From Octopus vulgaris (lineage: Eukaryota), in assembly GCA_951406725.2 (NCBI GenBank), contig OX597831.1, forward strand, positions 63,860,001-63,924,000: DNA of 64,000 bases, written 5' to 3'. Within the stretch, counting starts at the first letter, position 1. Each line of letters starts with the position of its first letter. The position numbers were made by a program, and so were the translations under genes. The notes beneath the pieces are model-generated. The model saw only the letters and a program-made list of their open reading frames with translations. It did not search any database and was not told the DNA's origin. Shown one piece after another: positions 1-11,714 of this stretch.

Positions 1-266
1 AAATTTTCTGTTAAAGGAAGTTCTTGATTATCTTAATTAGGCTTACGAGGTGTTTTTGTTTTTTTAGTTCTGCTTTTTTAATATTCCACTGTTTTGAAAT
101 TTATCCCACAAATACTGGGATGTGAAGACTACGCAGCATTGTTATATTTCTTCTGATAAAAAAAGACAAAATCACCGTATACCAGGTCGAGAATAAAGTG
201 ACCATTAATTAATGATACGTTATGGTCAAGAAAAGCAAGGGAGACAAATTTAGAATTAAAATTGTT

Positions 267-696
267 GGATCTTTTCGGTTTGAACGGTAGTTTTTTCTAG
301 CGGTGTCATATGAAATTGTCACCCATAATTATGACCCTAGTATCGATCTATTGCATTTCAATCTGTTTTAGGGTTAGGGTTAATTAGGGTTAGGGATGGG
401 GGGAAGGGTATCTTTTTTTCTTCACAAATGTAAATAAACCCAATCGGTTTCTTAAACGAGGGACATATTCATATGGCACAGAATGTTTTTTTTACCTCAA
501 TGGACGTCATTGATTGGTTGAAGTTGCAGAAATTGAAGAAAAAAAACAACGATTATCTTACAAACTATAGAATTTTCTCAATAAAGCCAAGAGAAAAAGA
601 TGTTTTATTAACACATTCTACCAGTATACGAAGTTAAAATTTTTTTTAGTTACCTAGAAATTATGTTAAAAACTACCGTTCAAACCGAAAAGATCC
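267..696 (+). mobile_element. Non-autonomous DNA transposon (MITE), GGATC-ended family, copy 1
   Basis: TIRs ggatcttttcggtttgaacggtagttttt / aaaaactaccgttcaaaccgaaaagatcc; perfect 8-bp TSD aaattgtt (259-266, 697-704); internal ttaggg repeats; homologous copies elsewhere in the window. Confidence 0.9.
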
Positions 697-2739
697 AAAT
701 TGTTTTTTAAAATGATTGGGAAAAACAATAGGGAGTAAAATCAATTTTTGGCAAGTACAGTGGCAAGTTATGGCATGTTTCAGTATTATCAGTTCTTCTT
801 AGGATAATTACCAGATATGTATTGATAGGAGTCCTATTTCGTAACCTCACTTACTTTCCCCTCGTGCAATTACTACCCTCACCCCGTGCAATTTTTTTTA
901 TTCATTCTGATTAATTCAAATTCTGAAAGCTTTAAACCCTTGCCTCATGAGCAGAATTAATCATTATGCTCATTTTCTGCCCACCCCACTGCGGATGTAA
1001 TTTTAATTAAGACTTTTTTTTAGCTCACCCTGTTAAGTATGTTAGCACCCACTTAACTAAATAGATAACAGCCTAGTCATGGCTGGCCAACCTGATCACA
1101 CCAATATCTATGACAAATTCAGTAACCTTTAAAACAACCCGTCTAGCGAAAGCATCAATTAGGAGAGTTGTTATATTTCCAGTGGACATGTTAAATATTT
1201 CGTCTTACTGGTTACTGTGACACTTATTCGTTTCATTTGTTTGCTTGTTTGTTTGTTTGTTTGTTTTCACTATTCTTCCCTCTTTTCTAGTTTAATGGGT
1301 TTTTTTTTTCTTTTCTATTGAACCAAATTACTTCACTGAATAGAACATTTTGTTTGTAATTATTTTGCAATTAGTTTCGCATCTTTACTTAGTAAATAAG
1401 AAAAGCTGTCTATTTTTTTTTTCTCACTAAAAGTATTGCAGAGAAACAATTGTATATATGTCTTTCTGCCCATTTTCTCAATACATCTGCTAAAAAAAAA
1501 ATACCTAGCTAGGGCATAGCTTTGCAATAATGAATCAATCACTTTCAGCATGCATAATAGAGAATAAACATTATAACTGAAAAATCTAACGCGAACACAA
1601 TTTCACAGATTGCTTTGTCACCTGCTACTACTGTAATAATAATGTCGTTACTTAATATGCGTGTTTTAAGATAATTGTCTCTTGCAGAAAGGTCAGTATT
1701 GCAACCCGTTTAGATTCTCATAAACTGTTAATGATATTCCTATATCAATCGCAAGACTCCAAGCATGAACTCTGCTTTGTTAACTCTGGTTTCTGCAACG
1801 TTAGGTAAATGAGCGATAATTCCAAACCAGGCTAGAACGCTGGTTTATTACAGATAGTAGTTAAGTTAGTGTCAATATAGTTAATGCAGGGGTCATTAAA
1901 AATCTAATCAGGAATAATTGTCCGATGATGTTATTAGTGAATAATCGGTGTTATCTTAACTTTTCCAACACGTATAGAGGACAACGCTGAGTGTGTTTTG
2001 GCCTTATTAGATCTCCTTAGCTAAATATGAACTTTACCGTACTTTCCGAGTAGTGATGAGAAAATTGCTATGTACATACTATGAACTAATATGTACAATA
2101 TTGTACACAAGCTTATATGAAAATTAGCATATTGTTGGGAATAAATCACTGAGAGATGCACTCCGATACTTCGATACTCAGAGCTGCACACGGCATGGAA
2201 AACAGTATTCAAATTGATGTTAACAAAGCACGTTTTTAGTTCTCTTGCTTAATAAATCTCAAGATAGATACACGTGAATTGTATGCAATGGAAACGAAAT
2301 AATGGCCCGTAAATTGGTTGTTCAAGATAAACTAGGTGTACACTTTTAATTATAATATTGTCTTCATATATACGTTTATATATTTGTTGTGCAAGATTTT
2401 TATTGGCTAAACTGGTAAAATGACCATTCCGAAATATATACAGTATCAATAGTCATATCCTTGAAACAGTGATAAAAATTCTATAGGATATATATTCATA
2501 TATTTAAAGACACAGACCCCCACACACACTCCACACAAATACATACATGCACATTATATACTTAATGTAGATAGGGATCTAGATGCAGAGTAAATATAGA
2601 AGTCTATTTTGTGTATGTGTGTGAACGTGTGTCAAACTTAAATGAGAAAGTTGCAGCCAAAGTTGGCAGAATAAGCTTGTGAAAATTAAGCCCTACCTCA
2701 TTCTATCCTATCACAGTCCTAAAAATTACTTCCTCAATT

Positions 2740-3400
2740 TAACTTCAAGGTAGTGGCCCATGACGAACCAAGGAACAGAAGGGTATGCTTTCTTGTAATC
2801 CAGTTATACCATAACCATAATCTTCCTGTGTTCTCACGTTTCATTGACAGATTGATGCTCAGTACATCCGCAAACACTCGCAGCTGCTTTTTCAACTCTA
2901 ATGATGCTGCTACTATCGCAGTATTCCATGAGGAATAAGTTCAGACAGACTGTATATATTTTAAATATTAAAATCTGGCATGCTGTTAGCTTTTCATCGT
3001 GTGAGTAGCTTTAGTTTTTTTAGTGTCAGACTTGTTTCTGCCAATGCTAGCCAGCTTCTCCATTGAGAGTTTTTATTTAAGATCAATAAGATATTCCCGG
3101 TGGAAAGTCAGTTGTTTCGTTCGAATAGACTATCTCTCCTAATGCTTTCCTATCCTGTTGAATTTTTATCACAGTTTCAAGGATATCACTATTGATACTG
3201 TATACTTTAGAGTAATACAGGAACACTATTTCTTACGGATTCCGATATAGCCACATTGTATCTTAGTTAAATTCCTTCCCCCCATTCCAAATTTTCCTCT
3301 AAAATGAACCCATATTTCATAAAAACCAGACTTTTGTTGTTTGTCTTATTTCCCAGTAGACTGATATCGACTGAAATTTTGTTAATTCTTTTTCTTTCAG
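2740..3400 (-). mobile_element. Highly decayed RLE-type (R4/Dong-like) non-LTR RT relic
   Basis: Minus strand 2760-2900 reads GCTEHQSVNET*EHRKIMVMV*LDYKKAYPSVPW, resembling the GCxEQL...WxDYxKAxDSVPH RT segment; outer boundaries approximate. Confidence 0.5.
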
Positions 3401-3877
3401 TTACTGTTTTCTGATGTCAGATTTTTTCACTGATACTTTTTAACTTCTATTTGAGAGTAATCAATTTATAATCATTTGTCTTTTCTTAGTAACTTCAAAT
3501 ATTTTCTTTTTTTTTTTCAGCTCTTTTTTGAGAAATAAGTTGTTGGTTTTTTTTTGTTTTTATTTGGAAGTGACAAGTATTACAGGAAAGTTGATGCACA
3601 TCAGTGTATCAACGGCCTTTCCCCGCCCAGAATAATCTTTTCTTGAAAAATTTCATTGGCATTACACAGGGTAACAGATTTCTTGCTTTCTCCTGACCCC
3701 ACCTTTCTCGCCCTCTTATATAAATGTTAATTTCTTTTTTTCTCCTCTTTCTCTAAATTACCTTTGATGTTAAATCTATTTACGATTTAAAAAAAAAATA
3801 ACTTGCTAACGTTCTCCATACATCATATGCTTACGTACACGATAATCGCATTCAGTTAACATGGCTTATTGATGTGT

Positions 3878-3983
3878 TTTGTACTCTGTTTTCCCTGACG
3901 AGATGATTGCATTGTTTTACATCATTTTATTCCCTCCGGAGTAATCTCAATGCTTTTTTCGAAACATATGTTGGAAGTACAAA
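3878..3983 (+). ncRNA. Type I hammerhead ribozyme motif
   Basis: ttcc-CTGACGA-(stem II incl. gcattg/caatgc)-GAAA-catatg (palindromic stem III)-TT-ggaa; stem I extends via tttgtac/gtacaaa. Confidence 0.7.
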
Positions 3984-4023
3984 TGATTTGATTAACACCT
4001 GCGTTTGACTCCATTTCTTAATT

Positions 4024-4042
4024 TATCAATCAATCAATCAAG

Positions 4043-4095
<53 letters not shown>
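4024..4095. repeat. (ATCA)/(TCTA)n microsatellite
   Basis: Direct inspection. Confidence 0.9.
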
Positions 4096-4131
4096 AAATG
4101 AAAGATAAGAGGTGGAATATACGAGAATTTA

Positions 4132-4241
4132 TTATTAATGACAATGTTTCGATACATCTAGCACCGATTCCTCTTGGGTGGGATACTCAACAACTGGTTC
4201 AGGAGTATCCGGTGGTGCAGATGTATCTCGTCGGGTGATAA
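4132..4241 (-). ncRNA. Hammerhead-like motif with CCGACGA core variant and long branched stem II
   Basis: Reverse complement: CCGACGA-gatacatct-gcacc...ggatactc/gagtatcc...ggtgct-agatgtatc-GAAA-cattg-TC; stem I is mispaired. Confidence 0.55.
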
Positions 4242-4340
4242 AAAATAAATGCAACTTGTTAAAATGACTGTTCTGCAATGTAATTTTCCGTTTTGTAGAG
4301 AGAAAAACAGCCAGAGGGAGGAAATATCTTCATATATGTA

Positions 4341-4511
<171 letters not shown>

Positions 4512-4558
4512 TAGAAAGAACATGTACTGTTCAACATGTAATCTTTTAATATCTAATA

Positions 4559-4636
4559 TTTCCCTGATGACATTTTGCTCACAACCTATAAATGCAAATT
4601 TATTGACTGAGTACAAAACGAAATAATTGTAGGAAT
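4559..4636 (+). ncRNA. Type I hammerhead ribozyme motif
   Basis: ttcc-CTGATGA-(ttttg.ctca...tgag..caaaa)-GAAA-taattg-TA-ggaa. Confidence 0.65.
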
Positions 4637-4719
4637 GATTATAAATTTATTAATAAACTAATTATTAACTCTCCATTTTCTCCTCTTAATTGAATTTGGA
4701 TTATATGCATAATATATAC

Positions 4720-7158
4720 CTATTGATTTAGGGAATTTTGTTTCTTGGATGTAATCACCCCTTTAAGAGGTGTATACATATCCAAGCGTATAAGGAAGTA
4801 TAGAGACATAGTTTTCACAATGCCCTTATATATAGAAGTTTCTTCAGCTATAAAGGAAATATTTAAATAAAGTATATAAGGAGAATTTATGTTATAGTAA
4901 TACAATGGTGATTGGATAAGGTTCTATATTGAGTAATAAGGGAGAATATAACGTGGATTTTTTTTAAAGTATCAAACTAAGAAATAATGTAGTAAATAGT
5001 TATTGTAGATTAATGAATAGGAATTTGGTCATGTGTTTACATGAGAAATATTTTCATCCCTCGTATTAACTAGGTTTCCATTCATTCTCATTATAATATA
5101 GCTTTCTTCTGGACATAATCTGCAAATGTTTGTTATTTCTGTAAGAAGGGGCCGAAGATAGAATTTTCCAGAAATTGAGAAATTAATATTGTTTCTTTTG
5201 AGGTATCATTTTTTTTTATAGTCCGGTACTGTTCTCTTTTCTATGGTCCCTAAAGGTGGATTCGTGGATCGAAATTCGCGATTTAACCCAGTTTTGAGTG
5301 CAACCTATATATCTCGATGAGACCCGCGTTATAATTGTTGCCTTGTGTACAACGTCTTTCTTTTTACAATATTTTCTAATTTACAAGCATTAGGTCTCTG
5401 GAATTGCAACTGGATCTGTGGGTGGTGTAGTGTTATATGTATATTTTGTTGAGTTATAAGAATTATGGTTATTATTAGTATTGATATTGTTAATTGTAGT
5501 ATTATATAGTTTTTCATTAATATTATTGGAGGTTCTAGGTTCAGTTTTAGTATTTTTGTTTTGATAGAGTTGATCTAGTTTCTTATTGTTAAACGAAGAT
5601 ATTATCCTAAAAAGATTAGGAGAAACTGAATATCCAAATCTAATATGTTTATTATTAAATATTTTTGTATATTTGGTGTTTTTGAAGTTTTTATTAATAA
5701 TCATTCTAATGGATCTAATAATGTTCGATTTTAAGTGTTTTGCAAAGGGAATTATTATCCAAATGGCTTTCTCGTTGTATGCTTTGGTAAAGAATTGGGC
5801 TGTATTCAGAGAGTGAAATCTTTTCAAACATGGTATAGATTTCTGTTTTTTCTATGTTGTTCCTATTCTTACTAATTAGAGTATTATGGTTATTCATATC
5901 ATTATAGTAAATTGTCTTATTTTGATTATTCCTGTTTTTTCTGCTTTTTGCTTTAGTGTTCCTACTTTTATCTTAAATTACACAGTTATGGCGTATGTTG
6001 CCACTATTTGTAAGTTTGTTTACATGCGTGGGGTTAGGAAGGTGGTAATTATTAAGATTTATATTCTTTTTCAGAGTTTTATTTCTGTTGTGGTGCTAGT
6101 AATGATTGAGTTTTTTTTGTATAGTTATTATAATGATGATGTTCATGTTTATTGTTGATGTTATGCTTATGACTATTATTGGGAGTTTTCGTTATTTGTT
6201 TATTAGGATATACTATTTTATTATATGTATTAGATTCACTAATTTTAACTTTATTATTTTTGTTATTATGTTTAATATGATTTATACTAGTGTTGTCGTT
6301 TTGTTATACATAATTTCATATTTATATCCTGCCGTCTTAAGAGCAAAGTTATAATAGTCCTTATGTTTATTAAATATTTCTTCGTTAGATGATAGTAAAT
6401 TTATTCTTCTCTCTATGTTAGCGGTCAAGTTTTCTATAATGTTCTGTGGATGGGTGCTGTGCGCATTTATGTATGTAATATTGGTGTTAGGTTTATGGTA
6501 AGGCTGGTAGGTAGAAGTATTAAGGTTGAAGTTAACGTCGATGAAGTTAACAGAGTTATCTTTTTCCATGGAAACAGAGAGCCCTTGGTTTTTAGAAAAA
6601 TGCTTTTAGTCTTTGTTTGTAGAGTTCTAATTTTCTATTTGAGGTGTTCCTGCTAAGATTAGGGCGTCGTCCCGGTATGATTCATCTTCGAATTTTGGGA
6701 ATTCTTCCTTAAATTTGTGCAATAGGTTCATTCCAACTAAATCGGTTACTTCGGCGGAATTTTGCGCACCCATCGGTATACCGAAGCATTCAGGTGTATC
6801 TTTCCTAGTCAATTATTTTCCTTCGTGTAATATTCTTCCTACCTGCGAGTATAATTTTAATTTCTTTCCTGGATAAGCTAGTTCTGCTCTTGGCGAAAAT
6901 TAGAACCATATTTAATAATATTAGGTTAATTGACTAGTAATAGTCGTTAATATCCAGTTAAATGAATTTGCATTTTTTCTTGTCGTGTATGTTGGTAAAC
7001 CAGTTTATTGCATCTAGCATTGTGGACCAAAAGATAAGTTTTATTTTTGATTTAAGTGAGTGTAGATATTTATCTATAATAATTTTTGCCGAGTTTTCTT
7101 AGGTCTGATTTACAAGGGCAAATAAGCCTTACTTTTGGATCAATCTCAAAGGTTTCTT
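4720..7158 (-). mobile_element. Decayed Penelope-like retroelement (RT + GIY-YIG endonuclease)
   Basis: Minus-strand fragments in order: GIPMGAQNSAEVTDLVG...YRDD (6627-6812), VNFIDVNFNLNTSTYQPYHKP..YINAHSTHP (6282-6569), WIIIPF...IFNNKHIRFGYSVSPN (5390-5827), VHKATIITRVSSRYIGCTQNWVKSRISIHESTF (about 5250-5350); frameshifted and 5' truncated. Confidence 0.85.
4797..4852 (-). ncRNA. Degenerate hammerhead motif at the 3' end (pseudo-LTR) of the Penelope element
   Basis: Reverse complement tatag-CTGAAGA-aac...gt-GAAA-actatg-tc-t-ctata; sense to the PLE ORF; one-base offset in stem I/III. Confidence 0.4.
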
Positions 7159-7180
7159 TATATATATATACATATATATA

Positions 7181-7350
7181 GGCGTAGGAGTTGCTTACGA
7201 ACCACATGGTTCCGAGTTCAGTCCCACTGCGTGGCACTTTGGGCAAGTGTCTACTACTATAGCCTCGGGCCGACCAAAGTCTTGTGAGTGGATTTGGTAG
7301 ATGGAATCTGAAAAAAGCCAGCCGTATATTTGTGTATATATATATATATG

Positions 7351-7399
<49 letters not shown>

Positions 7400-7611
7400 G
7401 TGTATATGTTTGTGTGTGTGTGTGTGTGTGTGTTTCTTCCCCTAACATCGCTTGACAACCGATGCTGGTGTGTTTACGTCCCCGTAACCTAGCGGTTCGA
7501 CAAAAGAGACCGATAGAATAAGTACCAGGCTTACGAAGAAAAAGTCCAGGGGTTGATTTGCTCGACTAAAGGCGGTTCTCCAGCTTGGCTACAGTCAAAC
7601 AAATAAAAGAG
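7181..7611 (+). mobile_element. SINE family C (tRNA-like head, CORE-like ttgggcaagt, internal microsatellite)
   Basis: Homologous to copies at 15421, 26760, 28718, 38345 and 46257. Confidence 0.85.
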
Positions 7612-7693
7612 TATGTATGTATGTATGTATGTATGTATGTATGTATGTATGTATGTATGTATGTATGTATGTATGTATGTATGTATGTATGTA

Positions 7694-7724
<31 letters not shown>

Positions 7725-8673
7725 ATATATGTATGTATGTGAAAATTACAAGGGCAGAAAATTTAGAAAAATTTTCATAGCGGTGGTTAGCATGTACAAT
7801 AAAAGTCAATAGACAACATATATTCATATATAAACGTGTATAGTATTTATACACAGAGAGGTGACCCTTTACAGGACGCCTTACATGCTAGAGAGGGCAG
7901 CCAAGTCCAAACTACGATAAGCGTATCAAAAGGAGTCCGTGAAAAACTCATTTAAATAGAAGGATTGGGAACCACTGTGAAAATGCTGGGAACCACTGAT
8001 CTAGTCAATAAGTGCAACTACTTTTCTTATAATCAATAAATATATTTTGGGGAACATAATCTTAAACATTTATCATATACTGCAAGCAGGTATTTCCTGT
8101 TTTTCAGGGATGAAAGGAATGTAAATACATTTCCAAATACATTTTGAAGCAATGGGAGGCGTTTGCGATATATGGCGATATATGGCGATATCGGTCGCTA
8201 TCAATAGACATCAAGGGGTAAGCTGTAGTTGTATGTAAAGAACAGGGAAGAATCGATAATTGTTTAGTAACAAATGCTGGTATAGAACTGAGTAGGTAAC
8301 AGTGCGCAGTAATAGTCTGCATCTATGTAGGTGAGCAGTTGTGATGAATTAGGTGTGCTCCCAGCTGAGTATAATAACGTTTTAACAAGTTAAAAGTCAA
8401 TGGGCTAATAACTACAGTTGTCAAGATAACGAGTTCACACGAAAGTAGATATTTCCAACAGCTTTCACGCACACTTCCGATTGTTTCTCATTCATCAGGT
8501 ATTAAACTACTTACAAAATCTGTCACTCAGAATGTGTGTGCGCGTGTGTGTGCTCAGTGTGTGTGTGTGCGTGTGTGATTGTATGTGTGTGTGTGTGTGT
8601 GTGTATGTATCTGTATGTGTCTGTATATGGGGATGTGCGTGCGTGCACATGAATGTATGTAATTATGCATACG

Positions 8674-8737
<64 letters not shown>

Positions 8738-8837
8738 TATAAATAAGGGCAAACGTTGTTTATAATTTAACCCTTAAAGGTATTTTTTAATATGTTGGCC
8801 ATTGATAAAATTTTTTTCGAAAAAATTATCCTACATT

Positions 8838-8870
<33 letters not shown>

Positions 8871-8872
<2 letters not shown>

Positions 8873-9012
8873 GGAGTAAACACATAAATGTGAAACAAGG
8901 TGGAAAAAAGAGTACTCAAATACCAGAAGTAGAGTAATATGCTTTATTTAAAAGCAGCAGAAATATAACAAAAGCTGTTACTCAGTTTCACGTTCCCATT
9001 CGTCGGACAGTT
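8871..9012 (-). mobile_element. Short non-coding Penelope pLTR-like fragment between (TA)n tracts
   Basis: Carries the minimal hammerhead at 8975-9010 followed by aataaa; bounded by TA repeats. Confidence 0.5.
8975..9010 (-). ncRNA. Minimal type I hammerhead motif (CCGACGA variant)
   Basis: Reverse complement ctgt-CCGACGA-atg(ggaa)cgt-GAAA-ctgag-TA-acag. Confidence 0.6.
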
Positions 9013-9020
9013 TATATATA

Positions 9021-9402
9021 CAGGGTGTGTAAGGTATTTGAGGACATACATTTTTTGGGGGTCATTGCTACATTTTTTGCTAACACTGTATAATCTCTGT
9101 TTCAGAAAATAATAATGTCAGACCCTCAGCTTTCTCAAGAAATGAAGAGTAATGCTGTTATTGTGGTTATGAAGGCTGAGCATAGCGATTTAGAAATATT
9201 TCGATTCTCAAAAGTTGCCAGATCTTTCGTCTAGAAAGTTTGTAAGGAGGACTGAAGATAGAAACGTATCACCAGTATTAAAGCATAAAAAGCATTCTAA
9301 GCGCTCTGAAATCATCAAAGCATTTTTTGATAAAGTTATCTGTTTTTTTTATATATCTGCTATTTTATAAACATAAATTTGTCCTCAAATATCTTATGCA
9401 CC

Positions 9403-9405
<3 letters not shown>
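9021..9405 (+). mobile_element. Tc1/mariner internal-deletion derivative
   Basis: 26-bp imperfect TIRs cagggtgtgtaaggtatttgaggaca / tgtcctcaaatatcttatgcaccctg; TA on both sides; from 9115 MSDPQLSQEMKSNAVIVVMKAEHSDLEIFRFSKVARSFV*KV resembles a transposase N-terminal HTH. Confidence 0.8.
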
Positions 9406-9464
<59 letters not shown>

Positions 9465-9543
9465 AAAAGGGTAAATAATTTTAGACAACCAACAAATATT
9501 TACCGGTAAATTTCGGTATGTAAATATATATATATATATATGT

Positions 9544-9604
<61 letters not shown>

Positions 9605-9619
9605 CACATACATATATAG

Positions 9620-10471
9620 TTTAAATTTACTGAAAAACAAAAGACGAAAACAGGTGTATAAACATCAAGCAGGTGTATTAGTCTGACGCTCGGAAAGAAA
9701 TTATATTTATCTCGTAGTGTGATGAGGTAAGGTAGATAGAAGAGAAGAGGGGTAAGACATAAGGTAGAAATTAGAGTTATAGAGATATAGAAGAAGTATA
9801 TGTTAATGATCATAGGGGGTTTGTATGTGGGTGCTATTAGTGAGGAGTGAGCTTACATTTAGATTTATGAAAGAAATGAAAAGTGCGGAAAAAATGTGCT
9901 TACACGTAGTTGTATTTATTAAGTAATTGTGGTGACTTGTGGGTTAGAATTTTGAGAGCTTCTTTTAAGCAACGTCCTCAATTGGAGTGTTGGCCCTGAT
10001 ATAGGGTACCTAAGTCTATTATAGCCCAGGTATTTTTCAATTAATTAGATGGTGAATGTGACTGGCTAGTGATCTGGAATTGCTATTCTCCTTATATTTA
10101 AACGAGTTTAAATGTGCATAATACCTTAGTTTAAATAGTGGTGCTGGATCCAATGTAGTAGCTACAGGAGTTATTTACCAAGTGGTGAACGGTGCTTCGG
10201 TATATGACGTTGAATCTTCTGCATTAGGCTTGCAGCGGACAATCTGTCCTGGATCTGCAGTTGCAGTTATTGATTCTCTGATGGTTAATTGGGAGAGAGA
10301 GAGATGAGGTAGGGCTGGTAGTGGCTAGGGTGATATAAGGTGAATCGATCGTGATATTGCTGTTATTATTGCTGTCGTTTCCAGTGTCGATATCAACGTC
10401 AGCGTTACCATTATTATTATTATCGTCATTATCATTATCGACGTTGCTATTGTAATTATTATTATCATTAC

Positions 10472-10513
<42 letters not shown>

Positions 10514-11375
10514 CAGCAGCAGCAGATGTTGCAACTGCAGTAGTTGCAGCAGCAGTAGTGGTATCATTAGTAGTAGTGTTAGTATTAGCAGTGGTAGAGG
10601 AAGTGGTATTAATGATGTTATTATTGTGCCTATTAATAGTTGCGTTTGTAGTAGGAGTGTTAATAATAGTCCGGTTTTCAGTAATGATAGTATTACCTAT
10701 TTCTTTATTACCCACAAGGGGCTAAACACAGAGGGGACAAACAAGGACAGACATAGGTATTAAGTCGATTACATCGACCCCAGTGCGTAACTGGTACTTA
10801 ATTTATCGACCCTGAAAGGATGAAAGGCAAAGTCGACCTCGGCGGAATTTGAACTCAGAACGTAACGCAGACGAAATACCGCTAAGCATTTCGCCCGGCA
10901 TGCTAACGTTTCTGCCAGTATTACCGTTGGCGTTAGTATTAATATTTCTACTACACCTATCAGTAGTTGAAGCATATGTATTATTAGTTATAGCGGTTAT
11001 AATATAGTATCAGTGTGCCTATTAGTGTTTGCGTCGGTTTCAGGTTTGTGCCCATCACTCTCAGTGGTGGGATTATATTATGTATGTTTAAGTTGTTTAA
11101 AGTGGCCGGGCCAGGGGTGTTAGATATGTTATTGCGATCGGTGTTAGAGTTTTCGTTGTGTATGTCTAGGATAGGGTTGTATGCATTTAGATAGTAAGAG
11201 CTAAGTTTACGTTTGTAAGATGAGGTGATAATAGATTCTACATTTGGTGTAGATAAATAGGATAATTTCAAAGCGGATCTGTTAAAGATAGAATGGTACT
11301 TATGGTTACGTGGGAAATTGGATTCTACTATTCTAAAGAAATCTTTAGTGAGGCCCTTAACGTTTAAACCCAATC
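9620..11375 (-). mobile_element. Second decayed Penelope-like element (RT C-terminal region + GIY-YIG)
   Basis: FFRIVESNFPRNHKYHSIFNRSALKLSYLSTPNVESII (10984-11373), then NCNCRSRTDCPLQA*CRRFNVIYRSTV...YYIGS (about 10140-10270); interrupted by a SINE. Confidence 0.8.
10698..10916 (-). mobile_element. SINE family A inserted in the Penelope element
   Basis: Reverse complement of the family A consensus; TSD agtattacc on both sides. Confidence 0.9.
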
Positions 11376-11481
11376 AATACCTTAAATGCATCATCACAGA
11401 ATCTAGCCACCATAAAGGCTGAATCATATTGTTTTGTAAGTTGCTTCAGTCCTCGTTACCTTAACTATACATATATTATTC

Positions 11482-11714
11482 AAGGCGGCGAGCTGGCAGA
11501 AACGTTAGCACGCCGGGCGAAATGCGTAGCCGTATTTCGTCTGTCGCTACATTCCGAGTTCAAATTCCGCCGAGGTCGACTTTGCCTTTCATCCTTTCGG
11601 AGTCGATAAATTAAGTACCAGTTACACACTGGGGTCGATGTAATCGACTTAATCCGTTTGTCTGTCCTTGTTTGTCCCCTCTGTGTTTAGCCCCTTGTGG
11701 GTAGTAAAGAAATA
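11482..11714 (+). mobile_element. SINE family A, full length
   Basis: aaggcggcgagctggcaga...gagttcaaattcc (B-box-like)...gcctttcatcctttcgg..gtcgataaattaagtacc...gtaaagaaata; 16-bp TSD tatacatat(a/c)ttattc. Confidence 0.9.

Noticed and set aside
369-395. Interstitial telomere or chromosome fusion scar
   Set aside because: The TTAGGG units are an internal part of a dispersed MITE
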